The notes under the pieces are model-generated. The model worked only from the letters and a program-made list of their open reading frames with translations, was not told the DNA's origin and ran no database searches. From contig OZ245838.1 in assembly GCA_965228735.1 (NCBI GenBank), positions 800,001 through 864,000 of the forward strand: DNA of 64,000 nucleotides, given 5' to 3'. This document shows, one piece after another, positions 57,382 through 64,000 of the stretch. The position numbers were made by a program, and so were the translations under genes. Position 1 is the stretch's first letter, and every line of letters begins with the position of its first letter. The DNA is from Planctomycetota bacterium (GTDB lineage: Bacteria; Planctomycetota; UBA1135; UBA2386).

Positions 57382-57478
57382 TCGGGGGCCCAGTGAACGG
57401 GGGCCCAGTGAACGGGGGCCCAGTGATCGGGAGCTCAGTGATCGGGGGCCCAGTGATCGGGGGCCCAGCGATCGGGGG
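57374..57478. repeat. 15-nt tandem repeat x7 (cccagtgatcggggg)
   Basis: Seven contiguous units with no spacers; the first contains the lipoprotein TGA stop. Confidence 0.95.
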
Positions 57479-57522
57479 CGAAGGGTTCGCTCGCCCCCGC
57501 GTGATCGCGTAGAGGTGTCGCG

Positions 57523-58026
57523 ATGGCCGATCCCGAGTCCGCAGGCCCGCCGTCCGACGCCGAGGTCGCGCCCGAGATCCCGCCCGATTTCCTCGGGGCG
57601 TTCGCCGTGGTCGAACGCCCCGACGGTGCGATCCTGTTCGTCGGCAACGACCGCCACATCGGCGGGCGAGCGGTCCGGACCTGGGACCTGCCCGGCGGCC
57701 AGGTCGAGCGCGGTGAGCTGCTGACCGAGGCGCTCGTCCGCGAACTGCGCGAAGAGACCGAACTCGTCGTTCGCGGCGAGCCACGCTTCCTGTTCGTCCA
57801 GGACGGCGAGCGGCGCCGCGGCGGCGAACGCATTCAGGCCTGGCGCTCGTTCTTCTTCGCCGTCGACGTCGAGCCCGGCGAGCCACGGCCCGGTCACGAG
57901 GTGCGCGCGGTGCGCTGGCTCGGCGAGGCGGCGATGACGGCCGAGCTCACGGCGCCGTATCACGACAGCTTCTTGCGGTGGCGGCGAGAGGGCGGCCAGC
58001 TCTTTCGCTCCACCTGGTCCGACTGA
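57523..58026 (+). CDS. NUDIX hydrolase
   Basis: WDLPGGQVERGELLTEALVRELREETEL Nudix box. Confidence 0.92.
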   Translation: MADPESAGPPSDAEVAPEIPPDFLGAFAVVERPDGAILFVGNDRHIGGRAVRTWDLPGGQVERGELLTEALVRELREETELVVRGEPRFLFVQDGERRRGGERIQAWRSFFFAVDVEPGEPRPGHEVRAVRWLGEAAMTAELTAPYHDSFLRWRREGGQLFRSTWSD

Positions 58027-58054
58027 GCTGATCCACACGCATGACATCAGCCTC

Positions 58055-58124
58055 GGGGGTGGGGGCGGGGTTGGGCAGAGAAGGTAGGGTGGGCCGGGCA
58101 GAAAAGGTGTGGGGGCGGGTCGGG
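58055..58124 (+). other. G-tract cluster with G-quadruplex potential
   Basis: G5-T-G5-C-G4-TT-G3 at 58055-58075, plus six more tracts of 3 or more G up to 58124. Confidence 0.55.
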
Positions 58125-58133
58125 TAGAAAAGC

Positions 58134-59717
58134 GTGGAGGCCCTACCCCCGGTCGCCCCACCGCCTTGCGTGGGGGTTCTCGTCGCAGTTCTCGTTCAGA
58201 GCGTCCTGACCGTGCCGGTCGACGCGGGACGCAGCGGACCGTCGGGGCGACCGGTTCGCTTCGGCGTCGCGGTGCCGGCGGCCCATCTCGAGCACGGCTT
58301 GAGCCTGCGTGGTCCCGGGCAGCTGTCGTGGCGGCGGCTGCCGATCGGTGGGCGGGACGCGGACCCGGTGTGGGTCGAGGTCGCGCTGTGTGGGGTGCGC
58401 GGTCGCGCGGTGGTCGCGGCCGGATCGTCGCGGGGTTCGCGGACGGGGCGTACGGGGTCGGGCGGCGCTGCGGTCGAGCGCAGTCGTACGGTCGAGAACG
58501 TCGAACACGGGGAACGCATCGCAACGACGTGGCGCTGGGCGGACGGGACGATCGATCGGTCGGTTCGGACGCGCTTTCGCGAGGCGACGACGATCGGCGG
58601 CGCGACGTTCGCGGCGTCGGAGGTGCGGCGCAGTTGCCGGGTGCCGAGCGCCCGGCACGCCGTCGTCGCGGCGTTGCCGCGGCGGCTGTGGGAGCGCGCC
58701 GGCGTGCTGCCGGAGCGTGACGGCTCGGCCGCGCGGTTGCCGCGGTTGTTGCGGCGGGAGCTGCAGCGGGCGGCGCGCCAGCTCGTCGAGTTGCCGGGGG
58801 AACGCGGCGCCGGTGACCACGCGCGCGGTGATGGCACGGTCACCAACAACGAGTTCGATACCGGGCTCGCGCTGTTGCGGCTCGGGTTGGCGATCGGGGA
58901 TGCCACGATCGTCGCGCGCGGCGTGCGTTGCGCGCACCACCTCGTCGACTGTGATCTGGACCGGGCCACCGGATTGCCGTTCCCGCACGGTCCGGGCCAC
59001 CGCACAGGAATGCCCGAACCGGGGCACGTCTGGTTGCAGGGGCTGTTGCTCGCCGGGTTGCTCACGGCCGACGACGAGCTGATCCACGCGGCGCGGGCGA
59101 TGGGGCGGGCGTTGGCCGCGCGGCCGCCGATGGCGATCGGCGGGGGCACGGGGGACGACGCGTGGCGCGAACGGGCGCGCGACTTCGCCTGGCCGCTGCT
59201 CGAGCTCGAGGGCCTGCTGCTCGTGGATCCGGATCCCGTGGTGGCGGCGGCCGCGGATCGCCTCGCGACGGCGATCGGATACCGGTTCGACGAGGACGCC
59301 GCGACGTTCCGGTTCGGCGAGGGCGAGGTCGGACCGCACGTCTACTTCGAACGGGCGTGGTTGACGGCGGGGCTCGTGCTGCCGGCGCTGCGTCGGCACC
59401 TGGCGCGGCGGCCGGATCCGGGGCTCGCCCAGCAGGTCGCGGCGGCCGAGAACCGGATCCTCGAGCAGGTCGGCGGCGCCCGCGGCGGGGTGCCGACGCA
59501 CTGGCGCGTCGTCGCTGGCCGCGTCGTCGCGGAGCATCGCGTCGAGCACGACGCCCGCGCGGTCTTCCTGCTCGCGGGCCTGTCACCGCGCGCGCGGCGG
59601 CGGTTGCTGCGGCGGGAGGAGCTCGGTGACGCGCTGCGCGACGTCGTGCCGCTCGATGACCCGGATCTGCCGACGACGTTCACGCTCGTCGCGCGGACGT
59701 CGTGGGTCTACCGCTGA
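58134..59717 (+). CDS. Hypothetical protein, possibly PcRGLX/YetA-like (alpha/alpha toroid)
   Basis: PVRFGVAVP N-terminal motif; GDH...TNNEFD, HLVDCD, GHVWLQGL, RDFAWPL; start uncertain. Confidence 0.5.
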   Translation: MEALPPVAPPPCVGVLVAVLVQSVLTVPVDAGRSGPSGRPVRFGVAVPAAHLEHGLSLRGPGQLSWRRLPIGGRDADPVWVEVALCGVRGRAVVAAGSSRGSRTGRTGSGGAAVERSRTVENVEHGERIATTWRWADGTIDRSVRTRFREATTIGGATFAASEVRRSCRVPSARHAVVAALPRRLWERAGVLPERDGSAARLPRLLRRELQRAARQLVELPGERGAGDHARGDGTVTNNEFDTGLALLRLGLAIGDATIVARGVRCAHHLVDCDLDRATGLPFPHGPGHRTGMPEPGHVWLQGLLLAGLLTADDELIHAARAMGRALAARPPMAIGGGTGDDAWRERARDFAWPLLELEGLLLVDPDPVVAAAADRLATAIGYRFDEDAATFRFGEGEVGPHVYFERAWLTAGLVLPALRRHLARRPDPGLAQQVAAAENRILEQVGGARGGVPTHWRVVAGRVVAEHRVEHDARAVFLLAGLSPRARRRLLRREELGDALRDVVPLDDPDLPTTFTLVARTSWVYR

Positions 59718-59781
59718 CGATGTGACCACCGAGATGGCCGCAGCCAGCCGCGAGGCGTGGGCCGCGGCTGCACCGCGACGG

Positions 59782-61263
59782 TCAGTCCCGCAGGATCGAG
59801 CGCACTTCGAGCGTGGTGTAGAAGTCGCGGTCCGCACGCGCGACGGCGAGCTTGATCGCGCGACCGTCGCGCCGGCGCAGCGCATCGAGGAGCGCGCGTT
59901 CGTCGGTCAGCGGCCGCTCGGGCTCGCCGAAGCGGCTGCGTTCCACGTAGGCGAAGATGAGATCGCCCACCTCGAGCAGGCCGGCTGCCGGCGACTCGGG
60001 CTGCACGACGGTGACCCGCAGCGTGCCGCGCAGGAGCGGCACCGTGCGGCGGCCGCGGCCGCGGTAGTAGGCCCGGGTCGCACGTTCGAGCGCTGTGCGA
60101 TCGTCGGGCGGCGTGAGTTCCTCGATCTCGATGCCGATCGCGCGCAGCACGACGTAGGCGCTGCGGGTGGTCGGCACGGGGCGCAGTTCGAGTTCGCGGC
60201 CGTCGCGCTGCACGCGCAGTTCGATCGGACGGTCCCACGGCGCTGACACGAGCTGCCGCTGGTAGTCGAGCGACGTGCGGATCGGCTGGCCCTGCACGCG
60301 CGTCAGGATGTCACCGGGTTCCGCGCCCGCGCGGTCGGCCGGGCTGTCCATGAGGACCGACGAGACCATCGTCGACGTGCCGCGGTCGACGACCTCGAGG
60401 CCGAGCCACGGCGCGTCGATCGCCATCGCGAAGCTGCCGCTCCGCGAGAGCTCCTGGTCGAAGACCTCGCGCACGGTGTCCATCGGAATGGCGAAGCCGA
60501 TGTTCTCGGCGCCGACCGCCATCGCGTTGTTGATGCCGACGAGCTTGCCCGTGATGTCGAGCAGCGCGCCGCCGCTGTTGCCCTGGTTGATCGCGGCGTC
60601 GGTCTGCATCAGCCCCGAGTACTCGCGGGGCTGATTGTCCGGCGCCCGGACCTTGATCGTGCGGCCGGTCGCCGAGAGCACGCCCGTCGTGACCGTGTTG
60701 GCGTGGCCCTGCGGGTTGCCGATCGCGATCAACGTCTCGCCGATCATCAGGTCCTGCGACCGGCCGATCTCGATGGGGGACACCTTCTCGTCCGGCTGCA
60801 GCTGGATCTGCAGCAGCGCGAGGTCGTGGGTCTTGGAATGACTGAGAACCGCTGCGGGCCGTGACCGGCCGTCGCGCAGCTTGACCTCCGCGGACAGTTC
60901 GCGCGCGCCGACGCTCGCCCGGACGAGCGGCCAGATCACGTGCCAGTTGGTGATCACGAGGCCGGATTCGTCGAGCAGGACGCCCGAGCCCTGGCCCTGC
61001 GTGACGGGCTGGCTGTTGACCAGTCGGGTGTCACTGACGACGTAGATGCTGACGACGCTGTCGGCGGCGCGCTGGACGGCGCGCACGACGGGCGTCATCC
61101 GCAGTTCGATCTCCTCGGCGTCGGGTTCGACGACCTGCAGGGTCGAGCCCCGTTCGGTGACGCGGGGTTCGTCCTGCGCGTGAGCGAACGCGGCGCTGGC
61201 GAGAACACCGCCGAGTCCCAGCGTGAGCCGGGCGGCGATCCATGGTGTCGTGATCCTTGGCAT
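59782..61263 (-). CDS. HtrA/DegP-like serine protease with PDZ domains
   Basis: ITNWHVI, DLALL, QTDAAINQGNSGGAL triad motifs; SPADRAG..PGDIL PDZ; signal peptide. Confidence 0.93.
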   Translation of the reverse strand: MPRITTPWIAARLTLGLGGVLASAAFAHAQDEPRVTERGSTLQVVEPDAEEIELRMTPVVRAVQRAADSVVSIYVVSDTRLVNSQPVTQGQGSGVLLDESGLVITNWHVIWPLVRASVGARELSAEVKLRDGRSRPAAVLSHSKTHDLALLQIQLQPDEKVSPIEIGRSQDLMIGETLIAIGNPQGHANTVTTGVLSATGRTIKVRAPDNQPREYSGLMQTDAAINQGNSGGALLDITGKLVGINNAMAVGAENIGFAIPMDTVREVFDQELSRSGSFAMAIDAPWLGLEVVDRGTSTMVSSVLMDSPADRAGAEPGDILTRVQGQPIRTSLDYQRQLVSAPWDRPIELRVQRDGRELELRPVPTTRSAYVVLRAIGIEIEELTPPDDRTALERATRAYYRGRGRRTVPLLRGTLRVTVVQPESPAAGLLEVGDLIFAYVERSRFGEPERPLTDERALLDALRRRDGRAIKLAVARADRDFYTTLEVRSILRD

Positions 61264-61450
61264 GGCGTCGTCCTGTCCTACGAACGTTCGTCAGAATAGC
61301 TCCCGCGGATGATCGCTTCCCGAACTCCGACGAGATCGGCCGTCAGCGTGTTGGAAAGCGGCCGAACGCCGGTGCGATCGGGTCATCGATCCCGGGTGCA
61401 GGGCGGGTCCGTCTGTTACGGGCCGTCGCGGGCGAATGCGGAAGCCGGCT

Positions 61451-61483
61451 GGGAATCCGGGTTGGGAATCCGGGTTGGGAATC
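61451..61483. repeat. 13-nt tandem repeat x2.5 (gggaatccgggtt)
   Basis: Units at 61451, 61464 and partial 61477, in the divergent intergenic region. Confidence 0.85.
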
Positions 61484-61537
61484 GGTGCGGGGAAACCCGG
61501 GATCGATTCCGAAGCGCCGATCGCCGACGATCAGGAG

Positions 61538-61942
61538 ATGCTCTACCGGTTCATCGTGGACGTGCCGCTGCGCTGGGTCGACGTCGACAGCGAGGGGGTC
61601 GTCAACAACGCGGTCTATCTCAGCCTCGTCGAACAGGCGCGTTTCCTCTACTTCGAGGAGCTCGGGCTGCTGCAGAACCATCGGGTGGAGTTCCTGCTCG
61701 CCGAGGTCACGGTGAAGTACCTGCGGCCGGCGCGCCTCGGGATGCAGACCAAGGTCGCGGCCGCGGTGACGAAGCTCGGGAACACGAGCTTCCAGATGCG
61801 CTACGAGGTGCAGGTGGGGGAGCAGGTGCTCGCGAAGGCCGAGGCGGCGCTCGTCTACGTCGACGAGGTCAACAAGCCGCGGCCGATTCCGGACGCGGTG
61901 CGCGAGACGATCTCGTCGTTCGAAGGGCTCGACGAGGACTGA
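61538..61942 (+). CDS. Acyl-CoA thioesterase (4HBT/YbgC-like hotdog fold)
   Basis: LRWVDVDSEGVVNNAVYLSLVEQAR, KLGNTSF, PRPIPD. Confidence 0.9.
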   Translation: MLYRFIVDVPLRWVDVDSEGVVNNAVYLSLVEQARFLYFEELGLLQNHRVEFLLAEVTVKYLRPARLGMQTKVAAAVTKLGNTSFQMRYEVQVGEQVLAKAEAALVYVDEVNKPRPIPDAVRETISSFEGLDED

Positions 61943-61994
61943 GCGCCGGCGCGGTCGCGAGACCGCCGTTGCTGCCCACCCGGGGCCTGGCGCC

Positions 61995-62651
61995 TCATTC
62001 CGGCATCGCGGGCCGAGCGCGTTCGAACGCGGCCCGGCGCGGCAGCGCGTCGGCGGTGTCGAGGGCCAGCAACGCGGCCACTGCCGCCCGGAGTTCGCGC
62101 GTGTCGGGTTCGGCATCGCCGGCGCGGTTCACGGCGCCGGCCCCGAGCGCCGTGGTCGCTCCCAGTCCGATCGCGAACGCCTCGTCGTCGCGCGGCACCG
62201 GGACCCGGGCGGTCAGGGCGCGATCACAGGCCGTCGCGTCCGCGCTCGCGAGCGCGCGGCAGGGCAGCGGTCGGGCGTCGTATGCCGCGCACCGGCCGGC
62301 GTCGAGCAGCGGGCATCGCAAGCCGGCGAGCCTGGGCCACGGCGTGCTCGCGGTCGCCTCGGCGGTGGAGCGCAACTGCGCTGCGACATCCGGGCGATCG
62401 GCGAGCTCCCGCGCGAGCAGCTCGGCTTCGGCGAACGTTACGCCGACGGGGAAGTGGCAGCACGCGGTGCATCCGGCGCCGCACGCGCGCGCACCGGACG
62501 ATGCCATCGCGGTGGCGTCGAGCAGCGGCTGGACTGCCGCGTGCACGGCCCGCGCCAGTTCCGCGGGTGCCGGCGTTGCCCCGGACGCCGAGCTGTCCGC
62601 GAGCGCGCGCTGCGCCGTCGCCAGCCCGCGGTAGAACTCGGTGTGCGTCAC
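61995..62651 (-). CDS. YkgJ-like (CxxCC) zinc/iron-chelating domain protein
   Basis: CGAGCTACC...CPLL...CAAYDARPLPCR. Confidence 0.85.
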   Translation of the reverse strand: MTHTEFYRGLATAQRALADSSASGATPAPAELARAVHAAVQPLLDATAMASSGARACGAGCTACCHFPVGVTFAEAELLARELADRPDVAAQLRSTAEATASTPWPRLAGLRCPLLDAGRCAAYDARPLPCRALASADATACDRALTARVPVPRDDEAFAIGLGATTALGAGAVNRAGDAEPDTRELRAAVAALLALDTADALPRRAAFERARPAMPE

Positions 62652-62717
62652 GCTGGTCGACCGTAGCAGGCGCTTCGGCAGTTGACGACCTCGGGCTGGC
62701 CCGCGAACTTGGTCGCC

Positions 62718-64000
62718 ATGATTCCCGCCGCGCGCGCCGCCAGCTTCGTCCTGCCGTTCTCATGCGTCACGCCGGCCGCCGGGTTGATGACCGCCGCTCT
62801 GCTGCTGACTCTCGCCGCGGCGCTGCCGGAACGCGTCGTCGCGCAGACCCCGACCGTGAACGTATCGGGTGAGGCGATGCGGCTCGCCAGCTGGTCGGTC
62901 ACGCCGACGGGCGGCAGCAACTACGACGTCACGTTGCGGATGGCGGACGACAACAACAACGGCAGCCTGCCGAACAGCTTCCGCCGCTGGTGGCACTGCG
63001 AGATCGCGCAGATCGCACCGACCGGTGTGACCCTGACCGTCACGATCACGAACGCGGGCTACACCGACATCATCCTGCCGACGTGGGCGCGGTCGACGGA
63101 CGGCGGTCAGACGTTCACGCCCTACACGCGCATGCCGACGAGCGCCGTGCCGACGCGGCCGACGTCGACGTCGCATCGCTTCACGATCACGACGCCAGCC
63201 GGCGTCGATACGATCCGGATCGCGAAGTTCTTTCCCTACACCGTCGCGCGCAAGAACGCCTATCTCGCGAGCCTCGCGACCCACCCGCACGTGCGGTCGA
63301 TCACGACGATCGGCAACTCGGTGCTCGGTCGCCCGATCGAGATGGTCGAGATCACGGATGCGAGCGTGCCGGACTCGGGCAAGGAGCGCGTCTGGATCCA
63401 CACCGCGGTGCACCCGGCGGAGACGACGGCCTTCTTCCAGATGGAGGGCCTGATCGACTGGCTCGGTTCCAGCGATCCGGATGCGGAGGCGCTGCTCGAC
63501 CGCGTGATCTTCGACATCGTGCCGATGGCCAACCCCGACGGCGTCTGGCTCGGCAACTACCGGACGAACGCCAACTCGGTCAATCTCGAGAACGAGTGGA
63601 CCGCGCCCTACAACAGCCCGCAGCCCGAGATCGTCGCGATGCGGACGCAGATCGAGGGGTTCATGGGCACGCCGGCCGCGCCGGGCAGCAACCCGATCCG
63701 CGTCGTGCTCAACCTGCACGCGACGCACAACGTCGGGCTGCCGTTCCATTTCCGGCACACGAGCAACCCCAACTGGAGCGCTGGCGGCAACAACTCGGGC
63801 GTGATCCCGGCGGTGCACGCGCTCGAGAACGACTGGATCCAGGCCTACATGAATAGCAGCGCGTTCGTGGCGATGGGAACGACGCAGAACAGCTCGGCCG
63901 GCGCGCCGTCCCGGCCGTTCGTGGAGTCGATGATGCACGACCGTTGGTCGGCGAATCCGCAGTGGACCGGTTCGCCGGCCTTCGAGGACGAGGTGATGGC
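62718..64000 (+). CDS. Secreted M14 zinc carboxypeptidase-like protein (3' end runs off the window; not in ORF track)
   Basis: Manual translation shows a signal peptide, RIAKFFPY, IGNSVLGRPI, VWIHTAVHPAE (HxxE), VPMANPDGV, NYRTN and VLNLH. Start is 62718 or 62787. Confidence 0.85.
   Translation, partial: MIPAARAASFVLPFSCVTPAAGLMTAALLLTLAAALPERVVAQTPTVNVSGEAMRLASWSVTPTGGSNYDVTLRMADDNNNGSLPNSFRRWWHCEIAQIAPTGVTLTVTITNAGYTDIILPTWARSTDGGQTFTPYTRMPTSAVPTRPTSTSHRFTITTPAGVDTIRIAKFFPYTVARKNAYLASLATHPHVRSITTIGNSVLGRPIEMVEITDASVPDSGKERVWIHTAVHPAETTAFFQMEGLIDWLGSSDPDAEALLDRVIFDIVPMANPDGVWLGNYRTNANSVNLENEWTAPYNSPQPEIVAMRTQIEGFMGTPAAPGSNPIRVVLNLHATHNVGLPFHFRHTSNPNWSAGGNNSGVIPAVHALENDWIQAYMNSSAFVAMGTTQNSSAGAPSRPFVESMMHDRWSANPQWTGSPAFEDEVM

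Noticed and set aside
57374..57478. CRISPR array
   Set aside because: Units are 15 nt, contiguous, without spacers, and no cas genes are nearby.

Overview
High-GC (roughly 70%), gene-dense bacterial chromosomal window. The gene content suggests an uncultured Planctomycetota/PVC lineage (inference from a PVC-type heme protein, DUF6807-like, DUF5658-like, ELWxxDGT, Tat-exported Gfo/Idh/MocA and ECF/anti-sigma genes). It holds about 50 CDS: four type II secretion pseudopilins, six peptidases, tilS, gap-pgk, xylAB, mrfAB-like helicase/exonuclease, rnpA-yidD, mscS and two ECF sigma modules. I found no rRNA, tRNA, CRISPR array or transposase. Main findings: (1) two in-frame-TGA selenoprotein candidates that the ORF track misses or splits, an ArsC-like UxxC protein (39565-39918, minus) and an exported TlpA/thioredoxin-like UxxC protein (47751-48884, plus) with a clear SECIS-like hairpin; (2) a shared C-terminal motif, P-x6-G-x5-Q-x12-16-S[ND]-x7-8-COOH, on three unrelated secreted proteins, a candidate undescribed sorting or anchoring domain; (3) eukaryote-like GAPDH and PGK; (4) TANNNT boxes 6-8 nt before many start codons, suggesting leaderless mRNAs; (5) a GmhB-like pseudo-phosphatase; (6) REP/REPIN-like hairpins and recurrent 13/15-nt micro-duplications. 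All family calls come from motif recognition, not database searches.
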